From Neovahlkampfia damariscottae (Eukaryota), in NCBI GenBank assembly GCA_016618085.1, contig JABLTG010000019.1, forward strand, positions 1 to 64,000: 64,000 bases of DNA, read 5' to 3'. A model generated the notes under the pieces. It was not told the DNA's origin and did no database searches. It saw only the letters and a program-made list of their open reading frames with translations. This document shows, piece after piece, positions 34,751 through 46,933 of this stretch. The first letter of the stretch is position 1; every line of letters begins with the position of its first letter. Made by a program: the position numbers and the translations under genes.

Positions 34751-35755
34751 ATGAGCCATGAGGCCTTGAAGGCAAAAACGAGTGGAAATAGTTTATACTC
34801 TGCCAAGAGATACCAAGAAGCTATAGAAGAATATCAAAGAGCTATTTTTTTGATAGAAAATGAAGCAACGTCAAACTCTGAAACTATCAAGAGTGTCCTC
34901 ATAATTCAAGGAAACATTTCTGCGTGTGAGCTATTATTAGGTCATTATATGAATTCAATTGATTACTGTAACCTAATTTTAGAATCTGAAAATCGAAAAT
35001 TACTGGAAACACCTTTTATCATCAAAACACTTCTCAGAAGAATTCAATCAGTTTTAGACGCAGCTTATCAATTAGAAATTGAATGGAACCTGGTGAAAAA
35101 TGATTTAAAAGAAGCTAAATTTTTAATTGAAACACTTGATTCCAACAAAAGAAAAAACTTTGAAGAGTTATGCAAAGTTGTTGAACAAGGAATTTCAGAA
35201 GGGATGTTTTTATCATTTCCACGTGTTAATTTTCTTAAAGAGATTCCAAATGAAGTTGTTTTTGATCATATTTTACCGTTTTTCCAACCGAATGATTTAC
35301 TTAAGACATCATTGGTAAATCGTCAACTTTGGAATCTTTCAAATAATGGTAGATTTTGGTTGGAACATTGTAAAACATTATGGAAAGATAAATTACCAAG
35401 AAATAAATATGAAATATTAAAAAACCCAAAACCAAAGTCAAAATCATGGAAAATTGATTACTATGAATCGATTGGTGATTCAAAAAGATTGACCATTACC
35501 ATGGAAGAACTTCAAAATTTAGAATGGAAAATGGTCTTTAAACAAAAGCATATGGGTCAACAATTAATTGATGTGCCACTTTTTGGAAAGGATGGAATCT
35601 ACTCATCTCAATTATTTGATAATGAATTTCCTTATAAATTGATTGAAGATGGATTGGCTGTTCAAATTGCAGAATATCCATTTTTACATGTAGATCGTAC
35701 TAAAAATTGGAGTTTTCATTTGGAAAATTTATATGTTGATTTTTTTTCCCAATAA
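34751..35755 (+). CDS. TPR + F-box protein
   Basis: KTSGNSLYSAKRYQEAIEEYQRAI; LKEIPNEVVFDHILPFFQPNDLLKTSLVNRQLW. Confidence 0.8.
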   Translation: MSHEALKAKTSGNSLYSAKRYQEAIEEYQRAIFLIENEATSNSETIKSVLIIQGNISACELLLGHYMNSIDYCNLILESENRKLLETPFIIKTLLRRIQSVLDAAYQLEIEWNLVKNDLKEAKFLIETLDSNKRKNFEELCKVVEQGISEGMFLSFPRVNFLKEIPNEVVFDHILPFFQPNDLLKTSLVNRQLWNLSNNGRFWLEHCKTLWKDKLPRNKYEILKNPKPKSKSWKIDYYESIGDSKRLTITMEELQNLEWKMVFKQKHMGQQLIDVPLFGKDGIYSSQLFDNEFPYKLIEDGLAVQIAEYPFLHVDRTKNWSFHLENLYVDFFSQ

Positions 35756-35766
35756 AAATGATTCCT

Positions 35767-36367
35767 TTATTCTTGTGATTTTAACACAAACTCTACATCA
35801 TTGAAGGAATGATCAATTTGTTTTAGGACTTTATCACCTAAGTTTATATCATAAATAGGATGTGGATAACTTTTTAAACAAAGTTCTGAAAAGAAATCTT
35901 CATTTAAATCATCTTCATCATTAATACCAACTGCTACCACTATTGTTGGAAAAAGATGTTCAAATGCTTTTAAATATAGTGAATTTACAGACGCAGCAAC
36001 CATTTTACTCTTGATACGAGCGGTATCTGGAGACCTTTTTTATTGTCAATTTTTTTTTTTCTTGCCATCTGATCAAGATGAATTTTCTTCGTAATTTTTT
36101 TTCAAAAACGTAAACATGATTTAGTAGTATATAACCGCATTCTTGAGTATTTTGAAATTTTGTAATTTTTAATTTTAATTCATCAAATATATTGTCAGTG
36201 TGTAAAACTACATCTTGTTCCACAAAGTAAATTTCGTTCAAGGAATAAGTGGCAAAAGAAAGCTTAGATAAATATGGTGATAAATTGTTTATCACTTTTT
36301 TTGTTGTGGAGAATATGTCAGTTTGCCAATTGTCCAAATCTAACCGTTTTATTTGGTGTTGTTGCAT
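35767..36367 (-). CDS. ADF/cofilin-domain protein (189 aa), requires a GC-AG intron
   Basis: Removing 36035-36065 gives KFILIRWSPDTARIKSKMVAAS, the cofilin WSPD..A.IK.KM motif. Confidence 0.75.
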
Positions 36368-36512
36368 TAATCCGTTTTGATTGGAAGAGAAAACCCAAGA
36401 AATTTAAAAATAGAAAAAATAAATAAAAATCAATAAAATAATTAGGAAATGGTATTTCAGTGAAGATTAAAGGAATCAATATTATTGGTCAATTATTCCC
36501 ACCAAAAACAAC

Positions 36513-38117
36513 ATGAAGGAAGAGAAGTTAAAGAGGACAATATTGAAACAAGCCAGTTTTTCAAATGTAAATCTTTCACCTGATGGTCTTGAATTTTTGT
36601 TGGATTACCTCATACAAACAGAACAAGATGATGCAGATTTGATTTATGAAATTATTCAAAATACCATTGAAAAGAGCGGAAAAAAAGAAAAAATATTGTC
36701 AGAAGATCATTTAAAAAATGTAATCGAGTTAAATTCATCAAAAAAAAAACAAAAAGAAATCAGTCCAATAAGAGTAACTAGTTTTCTTGGAGATGAAACA
36801 TCAAAGTGAATCAAAATGTAATGTTTAAACTTTTTTAGACTTTCATCATACTTTGGTGATGCCATAGATCAACCAAAAATGTATATCAATCGCTACAATA
36901 GAATACTTGATAACTGTCTGAAACATGAAAAATTTAACAAAACAAATTCAAATAGAATTAACTTTTCAACCATTGATTCACTTTTAGGATCATCTGGTGG
37001 TTCAAAATACATTTTAGGAATCTTGTCAAATCGAGGTGTGAAGAAGTATTTCGTAGAAGATCTTACTGGAAGTATCAAATTAGATTTGGAATCATGTGTT
37101 CGATTTGAATTTAAAAAAAACTAATTTTTGAAAGACTTTTGGTGATGGAATGCTCATAGAAGGTTCTTTTGTTATTTGTTGTGGTGGAATTCATGGAAAC
37201 AAAGTTTTTCAAGTTGAAACGATGGAGTTACCACCTTTGTTTGAAACATCAAAAATGAATGTTGAAATTGATGAAATGGAAGTTGAAAATCAAGATGAAG
37301 ATTCCATTGTTTTCATATCAGATGTCCATTTGAATCATCCAATCATCTTTGATAAACTTACAAAATTGTTTGATGGATATAAAGAAGACCCTCCATTGAT
37401 GTTTGTATTTATGGGGAATTTTATTGATGAATTATTTGACATTTCAATGAAATCAAGCTATATTTCAAATTTTATGTCTTTGGCATCACTCATTCGTCAA
37501 TTTCCTTCAATCCACAAAAACTCAAAGTAAGATTATTTTTGAAATGAAATAATTTAGATTCTTGTTTGTCCCTGGACCAAATGATCCTGGGTTTAACAAT
37601 ATTCTCCCAGCTCTTCCAATTTCGAATTATTTCGTCAAAGGGTTTCTTGAAAAAATTCCAAAAGCAGAATTCGCTTCAAATCCTTGCAAAATTCAATTTA
37701 AATCAAAAGAAATCATCATTTTCCGAGCAAATTTATTGCATAAAATGAGAAACAGATGCATCGTCGATCCAAATGAATCAATGAATACCAAAGAACATGT
37801 AAATTTATTCATCAAAAATTCTAATCCTTAGATGTTACTAACTATGTTATCAAATGGTCATCTATATCCTATGGATGGTGCTGTGTCATGGAAAAATGAT
37901 GATATATATTTAGCCATAAAATCACTTCCAAATGCTGTTCGAATGTTTCATTTTTAATTTAACACTTTTCTAGATCATTCTTGGAGACAAAAGTGAAGTT
38001 TTTGAAGTTGAAGAAAAAGGATGCACATTATTGAATCCAAGTACATTCACAAATGAATTCACATTCGTTGAATTAAATCCAAATACTAATGAAACACAAT
38101 GGAACAAATTAAAATAA
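36513..38117 (+). CDS. POLE2: DNA polymerase epsilon subunit B
   Basis: FVEDLTGSIKLDL, FISDVHL, PLMFVFMGNF, FVPGPNDPG, SNPC, NPSTF; several introns. Confidence 0.9.
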
Positions 38118-38123
38118 AACAAT

Positions 38124-39896
38124 TTATAGTTTAGATTCACAAAGATTGAGATAGGCTTTTTTGAATTCAATGATTAATTTCTTTTTATCAATTTGTCTTG
38201 CTGCATTGATATCATTCTCAAAAGGATCTTCTACACAAATGGAATGATTTTTCAAAGAACTCTTTTCTCTTTCCAATGGTTTTCCATTTCGAATACTAAT
38301 CACAAAAGAAGAATAACCATAATAACTATATTCTTTGAAGAAACCTAAAAGTAATTCACCTAATGATTCAGTATTATCTTCCATCATATCATCACCTTCA
38401 TTCATTTTCTTTGATTGTAAATTTGGTAGGATTTTAATTTCACGATTTTGAAGATAAGAAATCATCATCAATGTAAGACAATAAAATGTCAGTCCTCTTG
38501 AAATTTCATAATTTAAATTCAATGATCCATCTTCTGAGATGAGAATTTCATTTGTTAAGAATTTCTCTTCAACTGATTTCTTCCATTTTTTTAAAGTAAA
38601 TAACAACGGAGCAACACGGTAATCCAATTGAATGTATTCAAGAATTAATTGTGTTTTTTTTAAATTGATTTCTTGATTTGCTACAACATCAAAATCAATA
38701 TCATCCAAAACAAATGATAAAACAGGAACTCTTGTTTTTAGAACTAAACTTGAATCAATAATTCCTTGTTGAAATAATTTCTTTTTGATCTCTACCAAAA
38801 CATGTTTATCAGTCAATAGATACTTATTTGGAATTAAAACACAAATATCAACATCACTTGTCTCTGTATAGATTTCATATTTTGTTGATCCAAAAATATC
38901 CAATGAAGCATCAGACCAAATATCATTAACAATTTTTTTAATTTTTTTGAAGGCTTCTAATCGTTTAAATAACATTTCTTTCGTTGGTTTTTCCTTCTCA
39001 TAAAGATTTTCAATGAAAGAACTCACTTCATCAAAGTTTGGTTTTGATTTTGATATTTCATCATCAAGTTTAGCATCTAATAACTTTAAATCTACTTTTG
39101 CAAATTTATAATTTGAATAATCTTTTAATTGTTCATCTCTATCCAATTTATACAAATATATCATTTGAAAAATGAATTGTAAATCTTGATTTTGTTTCAA
39201 TGAATCTTGAATTAACAATTTCACTTTATTAACTTGTTTCAATTCTAATTTTGATTCTTCCAGGAATAATAAGAGTTTAATACCAAGTATTTTCACAACT
39301 CCTTTGTAAATATTTTCTTTTAAGAAATATTGTAAACTATCCATTACTAAATCTTCAGTTATGTTTGTAACATTTAAATCATATCCATAATAAAACCCTT
39401 GGATGAAATCTTTTGGTGTATTTGAGAATTTTTTTAGTTTTTTTATTAATTCTTTTGGAACTTCTTTTAAGTGAGCTGTTTGTACTAAAACACCTTTAAA
39501 TCGATCATGGCTCGTTTCTTTTTCATGTAAATTTCGAAAGTGTATCGTATAGAATGATTTTCCGCATTGAGTACAATGAGCACCTAAATGAGCTGTATCT
39601 TCAAAATGTTTTTTTATGTCATCCCAATTTTCGAAGATTTGTTTGCAAACTGGACAAAAAAGATTTGATTCTTTTATTTCAGTGATCTGTTTTTTTGGTT
39701 CATTTTTAGTTTCATTTTTTTTTTGTTTTTGTAAAAGAACAGGTTCATGATTGAAAGTGCAATTAAAACCATAAGGACATCCTTCTGGAGAAGAAAAAAA
39801 TCTACATCTTCTTGGTTTCATCTTTTGATGTAAGAAAGTACATTCATCACCTTTTGGGCAACCATTTGGAGTATTAAAAAAACGACATGGCTTCAT
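38124..39896 (-). CDS. Non-canonical poly(A)/terminal uridylyl transferase (Cid1/TRF4-like) with 2 CCCH and 2 C2H2 fingers
   Basis: CRFF...CPKGDECTFLH x2; CPVC..H..H, CTQC..H..H; FGS...SDVDICV; SLGELLLGFFKEY; ICVEDPF. Confidence 0.88.
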   Translation of the reverse strand: MKPCRFFNTPNGCPKGDECTFLHQKMKPRRCRFFSSPEGCPYGFNCTFNHEPVLLQKQKKNETKNEPKKQITEIKESNLFCPVCKQIFENWDDIKKHFEDTAHLGAHCTQCGKSFYTIHFRNLHEKETSHDRFKGVLVQTAHLKEVPKELIKKLKKFSNTPKDFIQGFYYGYDLNVTNITEDLVMDSLQYFLKENIYKGVVKILGIKLLLFLEESKLELKQVNKVKLLIQDSLKQNQDLQFIFQMIYLYKLDRDEQLKDYSNYKFAKVDLKLLDAKLDDEISKSKPNFDEVSSFIENLYEKEKPTKEMLFKRLEAFKKIKKIVNDIWSDASLDIFGSTKYEIYTETSDVDICVLIPNKYLLTDKHVLVEIKKKLFQQGIIDSSLVLKTRVPVLSFVLDDIDFDVVANQEINLKKTQLILEYIQLDYRVAPLLFTLKKWKKSVEEKFLTNEILISEDGSLNLNYEISRGLTFYCLTLMMISYLQNREIKILPNLQSKKMNEGDDMMEDNTESLGELLLGFFKEYSYYGYSSFVISIRNGKPLEREKSSLKNHSICVEDPFENDINAARQIDKKKLIIEFKKAYLNLCESKL

Positions 39897-40015
39897 CAGA
39901 AAATTGTTGGAAATGTTCCACGAAAAATCTGATTGGCAGAATTTAAAAAATCGAAAAAAATGTAAAAATTGAAATAATTTCATTCAAACTTTGTTTGATT
40001 TTTTCAACCAATGGG

Positions 40016-40681
40016 ATGCTGTTTGAAACATCAGAAACTCATCCACTTGCTGTTGACTTTATTGATCAAAAATATTTAAACAATAACAACAACTCAGGTT
40101 TAGGTATGTGTATGATACCAGGTCGAAATAAAAAAAGACATAAAAGAGACTTGGATTCAGATCTATCTCTAATTCTAAATAAATATAATGCTCAAACACT
40201 TGTCACTTTGGTAAGAGAAGAAGAGTTAAAATCCATGGGCTTGGATGACTACTTCAAAATTGTAACAGAAAAATATCAATTAAATTCGTACCATTTTCCT
40301 ATCAAAGGTAAGAAAAAAAAATGAAAATTTTTCAAAGATAAATGGCTCCCAGAAAACCTCGGAATGTGTAAAACTGTTGATTTTATACTCTCAGAAATGA
40401 ATAAAGGAAACAAAGTAACCAAAGAATTTCTCAATTTTTTTTCTAAAACAGGTGATAATACATTGCAATGGTTTTCGACTTTTATTTTTGACAATTTGAA
40501 AGGCGGAAAAGGAAGAGCTGCTACGATATCAACAGGTGTCTTGATGGCAGGTTATGGTTATAGTTCGAGTCAAGCGATGAAGATTGTCCAGAAAACTCGA
40601 AATGGAACTTTGCAAAATCCAATTCAACAACTCTATCTTGAGGTAACATTTCCTCTGCAATGGAAAAAATTCAACAAATGA
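40016..40681 (+). CDS. CDKN3-like dual-specificity phosphatase
   Basis: TSETHPLAVDF, PGR..RDLDSDL; spliced CX5R motif IIHCNGGKGRA; 3 introns. Confidence 0.85.
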
Positions 40682-40790
40682 TGAATAAACCTTCGGCTAA
40701 ATAATCAATTTTCTGTGCTGTGTTGACCGTTGATCCAGAAGAAACCTTATAGGTCAACTGAATACAGTTAACCAATCATTTCAAAAAACG

Positions 40791-43150
40791 ATGAGAGTGT
40801 TTGCCGTGCTTGTATTTACTTTCTTATGCTGCTTACTTTCAGTTTCAGCTGAAACTAATATGCTCTTTCAACAAAAAGCTGGTGTTTGTGACTACAATGC
40901 GATCAATGGAAAACTTGTAGAAGTTCAACAAATTGTTTCAAACATCAATGACAGCACCTCCAATGTGCTTCCACTTATCATAGCTGCTGCTAATACAATT
41001 ATACCAACTACTTCATGTCTTGCTCAAATTGGAACATGGGTTAAAGTTGGACAAGAAACTGTTACAAAATACACAGACACATGTGTTCACACAGACAAAA
41101 CATCAAATGCTTATAAAGCAGATCCATGTTGCAACAGAGAGTAAGAAAAACATGTTAAACTTATTTTTTAGTCTTGAAGAAAAACAATGTTGTATGCCTA
41201 AAAATGTGACTTACACAAGAGAAAAAATCAGCAGTTTCAGCTCAGGAATTGAAAGTGCTTGTAGTCAACCTTCAAAAGCTAAAAATCTTATTTCAACCTT
41301 TTTCTCAAATTACCAAACAAGAATTCCACAATGTACAACAGAAGTTGAAAGAAAAATTAAAAAAGACTTTGAAATGTTACATAGAATGGTTAAATGTTGG
41401 TATAGAGTTTTTACAGAAACTGATGATTGCACAGCAAATTCTGACTGTGATGGGTAATTATTTTTTTCTGTTTAATCTTCAAAAAAGTGGAAACGGATTT
41501 TGTGACATTACAAAAGGAAAATGTGCTCCTATTGGAACTGAAAGTTATAAACCACTTTTAAGATGTGTTTTTGGATCCATTCCAAGTTGGGTAAAAAGAA
41601 TCTTCAGATTGAAATTGGGAATTAAAGGTGCTGATTCTGAAGCTGCTCTTCAAGCTGCTTTTGCTAAATACACAGCAAAAGAAGAATGTTATACACCAGT
41701 TCTTGGAAATAACTTTGTCTTTACAAAATCAAGTCTTTTGAATACACAAGCAAAATGTCTTTTTGCAAAATCATGCAACATCGCAACTGACCAAGGAAAA
41801 TGTACAACAAACAAGTGTGCTGCTATTTGTGGACTCAATAAAATCTGTTCTACAGATGTTTCATCAGTCTTCAAAACAAAAACTCAATGTGATAGTTATG
41901 GCTATTGTATGGGTAATGGATTCGCAAATGCAAATGGAGTGCTTTATAACTCAACTACATGTGCTCAACAAAACTATTGTACAGCTTATGCTCAATGTAA
42001 TGAAAATACCACTCCAAAATGTACAAAAGCACTTTGTGAAGCTAAAGGAAGATGTCTCGGATTTCCATTAACTCAAACAAAATGTGTTTTAGATTTCAAA
42101 CTTGATGCAAGCACTGGACAAAAAACATGTGGTGTAGGTGAAGATCAACAAGATTTTGGATGTATCTCAGCAAAAGGATCAATTGATTGTGCTTCTAGTG
42201 GTGGTAAAATGATCTCTGTTCCAACATCAGAAACTGAATGTCTTCAATACAAACATTGTGTGAATAATAACACAAGAATCATTACACATATGACTTCAGA
42301 AACTTGTGGAATGTGTGGTGGTACATATGAAAGTGCTTTCAAATGGGTTCCTGCTCAATGGAAACAATCTTTCCTTTACCAACCTCAAAAATGGACAATT
42401 GCTGCTCAAGTACCAACAAATCGTTGGGTAACTGGTGTTGATGTTTTAAGACTCACAAAATTGATCACAAGTGTCATTTTACTTCAAACAATCTCCGCTT
42501 ACAGATCAATGATTCAATGTGCTTATGTTCCACTTGTTAAAATTACTCATACAATCGCTTGTGATTGTGGTACACCTAAAGCACCAAATGGTACAAATTG
42601 TTATCAACCAATTTCAACACCTGTTGCTACTTTCAAAGTTTTTGCAGGATTAAAACACAAATCACAAAGTTCAGATGTTGATGTTACAGTTTCAGCAAAT
42701 GCTGTTTCTTCATCACAAGATTATGTTGAAGCAGAAGTTGTCAAAACTGATGCCACTACTGTCACTGGATCACAAGACCTTTTAGTTGTTTTTGACACTC
42801 AATCAACAGCAACAGGTTATTTAGCTTCAGATGGTTTCGCTGTACAAAAACAAGGAGGAGGTTCATTAGGTGGAACTACAAACCTTTGTATCAAAAGATC
42901 AGTTCAAAATGTTCCTGCTGAATACACAGTTGCTGGATTTGCTACTGTTTCAAATGGCGTTATTTATAGATCATCTGTTACTATCACAAACAAAGACTAT
43001 TCATTAGAAATGTGTGGTGATGTCACTGATACAAGAACTTATTACATGGCATTCTTTAAACCAGGTACTCCTGTGTCCAACAATTCACATAAATATGCTT
43101 TAAGTGCAGTTGCTGTTATTCTTGCAGTTATTGTTGCTTTATTTGCTTAA
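40791..43150 (+). CDS. Cysteine-rich surface protein, signal peptide and probable GPI/TM C-terminus
   Basis: Signal peptide, dense Cys, hydrophobic terminus ALSAVAVILAVIVALFA; 2 introns. Confidence 0.8.
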
Positions 43151-43229
43151 ATAAAATAATTTTTTTCATTCTGACGTTTTATTTTTGTTATTCAGCCAAT
43201 CAACTATTACCCAATCAACTTGCACAATC

Positions 43230-44937
43230 ATGACAAAAACAAAGAAAGGCAAAAGACTTGATGACATCAAACCGAATGATGAGTATGAAATAAGGTACAC
43301 AGAAAAAGGAGAACCTTATTTTTTCTCCAAAAACGAAGAAGACAATGAATTTGATGACTCACTTGAAACAATTGAACTTGCCAAAAAAGAGTTTGTTCGT
43401 GAAAAACTATCATTCTTCACTTTACCTTCAGAACTGGGAAGAAAGTAAAAAAAAACAAAATTTTAACACAATACTTAGAATGGGCAATGGTATCATGTTT
43501 TATTTTGACTTTATGTACTGGATTTGTTTTTTAAATTTACTTTTATTTATTATACGTATGAGAATTTGATACTCAATTTTTTATGTAGAATTGGTGAATT
43601 ATCTCTATGGAACTATTTACAAATATGATAAATATACTTTTCAAGGGTTTCCTGATTTATTATTTGCTTCAAATTACAAACCTGAACATGTATGGGTTTG
43701 GAGAATTACCAATATTGTTGGATTAATTTTAATTGTTATTTATCCCTTCTTGGTAAAGTTTAAAAAATATTTTATTTTTTTCTTTAACAGTATGGAGTTC
43801 GTCTTTGCATTGGAAGAAAAAAATTACAAGCAGAAAGTATTGGTTCTTCTGATGTTATTATCTATGTCCATAAACCTAAATATGTTTTCTGTCGACGTTT
43901 AACTTCATATTCCATTGTTGCTTTAGGATTATTCATTCAATTAATAATTTCTTTTGGAATCACTTTACTACAAGATTTTATTGTTGGTTTAGGTAGAAAC
44001 TTGAATCAAGATGATCCAATTTTAAAAGCAGTTCCTTATTTAGTTTCAATTGGTTCAATTTGTATTGGTTTAGTTATTACAATAACCAACAAAATTTATC
44101 AAGGAGTAAGAATTTTCATTAAAAATATTGATTTTTTTTGAGGTTGCCATCAAATTGAATGCATTTGAAAAATATAGTAGTTGGAAAGCATTTCGATTGG
44201 CCTACATTATCAAAAATATGTTATTCAAGTCATGTCAATTATTTTTTGTTGGTATTGCCAAAGCAATTGGCTCAACACATGTTTGTCCTATTCGATTATA
44301 TGGATATCAATATCTTTGGATTTTGATTATGGACTTGACATTATGGAATGCAGTTGAATTTTTTTTACCAATCATTTCTACTGTCCTCAAAAAAAAATTC
44401 AAAAAACAATACGACTCAGATGAAGATCTAAGAGATGAATTTGATGTTGGTGAAGAATATTTAGAAATTCTTTATCGCCAATTGATCATCTATTATGCTA
44501 TGGTTTCATTCCCAATGGCCTCTCTAATTGGATTCATTTCAGCTATTGTAGAATATTGGTTGGATAAATTTAGATTAGTTCACGTTTCAAGAAGACCAAA
44601 AAATGTTGTTGCTGGAAGACAAAATCAACTTACAATTGTGATCATCTGGATTGTGATTGGATTACAAGCTGTATTAAATCCAGGTAAAAAATGAAACAAT
44701 TTGAAATATTATCTAGGTGGTGGTGGTGTGTATCTTTTGGTTTCAGAATATTTCTTGTGTGGAGCATATCGACCTTCTGGTTGGCCAGCTCCAAAAGCTT
44801 ATTGTAAAACTAAATGTCCAATATTTTTTGGTCATAATCTCACTCTTAATACTGTCAATGGAACAGTTCATCCATTTAGTACTGGTTTGTCTCAAGGTGC
44901 GGAAACATTGGGACTAGGTTGGTTTGGAAAATTCTAA
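43230..44937 (+). CDS. TMC (transmembrane channel-like) family protein
   Basis: MGNGIMFYFDFMYWICFLNL; EFDVGEEYLEILYRQLIIY...FP...EYWLDKFRL; several introns. Confidence 0.7.
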
Positions 44938-45202
44938 AATATAAAAATTAAATCCATTTTGAAAATTTAAATTATTTCAGAAAATTGGATTTTTATTTTT
45001 TCACCTGTAGTTTTGGTTCCTGTTTCTCATATTTAGATGGTCTGACATCATTTTTCATATTTGTCCAATTTTTTAGAAAACAGTTGGAGTGCTTCGGAAA
45101 CTCATTTTCATATCAAATCTATAAAAATTGAAAAAAATTCAGTAAAATTACCTTCCAATTTAATTCAATGACCAATCAAATCATTTCCAACATTTCTTCT
45201 TC

Positions 45203-45916
45203 ATGACCGACTACCCTTATGAATTACTTGACAAACACAATTCACCAAACGATTCATTTCAAAAAATAATCATGGGTTGTATGTATATTGGAATTCTGAC
45301 AATTGTTCTTTTGATATTTTTGTCCTGCATTTCAGGAGTTATTTATTTCACCATTTCCAGAAGTAAATCACCAAACAATAGTACATATCCACAAAAAAAT
45401 ATCACTATTATCAATTTTGAACATTTTACCATTGAATTCAACCTCGATAAACAATATCCAATTCGTTCCACACAATTTAGTTGGGTACTCAACCCTCCTT
45501 CATCACGTGGTGGATGGAATAACAATATTTCAAGAATTACAACTGAAGACTACAAGAACATATCATATAATGGTGAATTAATGGACAGAGGACATCTTTC
45601 TCCATACAATGTCTTGGGTAGAGAATCAATGACAATTGTCAACGCAGTTCCACAATACAGATGTCATAATAGAGGTATTTGGAGAATGTTTGAAGAATAT
45701 GTAAAAAATAATTATCAAAATGAAACTATTATCACTTATCCTTTATATAGAAATAACTATCAAGATATAATTCATACACTGAATGGAGATCTGTATGTTC
45801 CAACTGATTTTTGTAAAAATATACGAGGACTGGAATATTGTATGTATCATTCAAGAGATGTATGCTATAAAAAATGGTGTCATCATTTATCAAGAAATCT
45901 TACATCTGATTGCTGA
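45203..45916 (+). CDS. DNA/RNA non-specific endonuclease (His-Me finger) with N-terminal TM anchor
   Basis: DRGHLSP, NAVPQ...HNRGIW, VPTDF; intronless. Confidence 0.85.
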   Translation: MTDYPYELLDKHNSPNDSFQKIIMGCMYIGILTIVLLIFLSCISGVIYFTISRSKSPNNSTYPQKNITIINFEHFTIEFNLDKQYPIRSTQFSWVLNPPSSRGGWNNNISRITTEDYKNISYNGELMDRGHLSPYNVLGRESMTIVNAVPQYRCHNRGIWRMFEEYVKNNYQNETIITYPLYRNNYQDIIHTLNGDLYVPTDFCKNIRGLEYCMYHSRDVCYKKWCHHLSRNLTSDC

Positions 45917-45968
45917 TTGGAACAAAATTTTGTCTCACAAGAACAATAAATTTGTTAGTAAAAATCAT

Positions 45969-46883
45969 TTATTTTTTCAATTTGACATTATTTTTGAATG
46001 ATTTTCTCAACATCTCATTGCAATCTTCAACAAATAAAATTTGTTTTGACAAAGCAGAACATTGGTCAGATTTGATCACAACTGGATTTTCATTATCATC
46101 ATGTTCGTACCACAACAATAAATCCTTTTTTTCATTTTCAACTTTTTCTAAAAGTTCATTAAATGGCATTTGAATTGCTTCGGAATTTAATTCGTGCTCC
46201 AATTGCCTACTTCCACTAAATGCAATCATTTGATCATTAAGTTCAACCATATACATTTTATATTTCAATAAATCTAAATAAGGAAGAAATAATGGTAGTT
46301 TCATGTTATTGATATCCATATAAAAATCTGGATTGTCTGTCAACACTTCTGCCAATTCATCAACAGATTTGAAATTCTTTTCAGCTAAATATCTAATTAA
46401 TACTTCAATATTGACTGATTCCATCAAGTTCAAGACATTTGGATTGTCTTCAATAAACGAAAAAGTAAAAAAACTACCTTCCGCATTTGGATTGAAACTA
46501 AAACCACCAACTCTTGATTTTTTAGGAGCATTTGCTAATTCTTCAATATTTTGACAGTATGATAAAACTTGTAAAGGAGACATCTTCTTTGGAAAAATTG
46601 GCATTGTTTTAAATTGTTCATAAATTTGATATTTTTCTGCTGTTGAAGCAAATGATAAAAAAACATGTCCATCTCCTGGAAATGAGTATGGGTTATAAAA
46701 CTTTTCATTTGATGAAGGTGTTAGAAATTTATCATATTTAAAAAGAGTTCTCCATAAGGTCAAAGGTGTTGGAATCATTTTATCAGGTTGATGATGTTGA
46801 TTCAATATGTCTATACATTCATCAACATGTTTTGGTTTTAGTTTTTCTTTTGACAGGTAAGCATATTTCAACACTTTTTTCAT
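45969..46883 (-). CDS. Hypothetical protein (weak SseB-like motif)
   Basis: Long clean ORF; SFAST...GGFSFNP. Confidence 0.6.
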   Translation of the reverse strand: MKKVLKYAYLSKEKLKPKHVDECIDILNQHHQPDKMIPTPLTLWRTLFKYDKFLTPSSNEKFYNPYSFPGDGHVFLSFASTAEKYQIYEQFKTMPIFPKKMSPLQVLSYCQNIEELANAPKKSRVGGFSFNPNAEGSFFTFSFIEDNPNVLNLMESVNIEVLIRYLAEKNFKSVDELAEVLTDNPDFYMDINNMKLPLFLPYLDLLKYKMYMVELNDQMIAFSGSRQLEHELNSEAIQMPFNELLEKVENEKKDLLLWYEHDDNENPVVIKSDQCSALSKQILFVEDCNEMLRKSFKNNVKLKK

Positions 46884-46933
46884 TTTCCGGTTAAATTGTC
46901 CAATCATCTAGATTCTATTTTAAAAAAGAATTT

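Noticed and set aside
36513..38117. Fragmented ORFs read as frameshifted pseudogenes (also MTHFR, PSMD5, G-alpha, TMC)
   Set aside because: The breaks examined coincide with short GT-AG introns that restore the frame.
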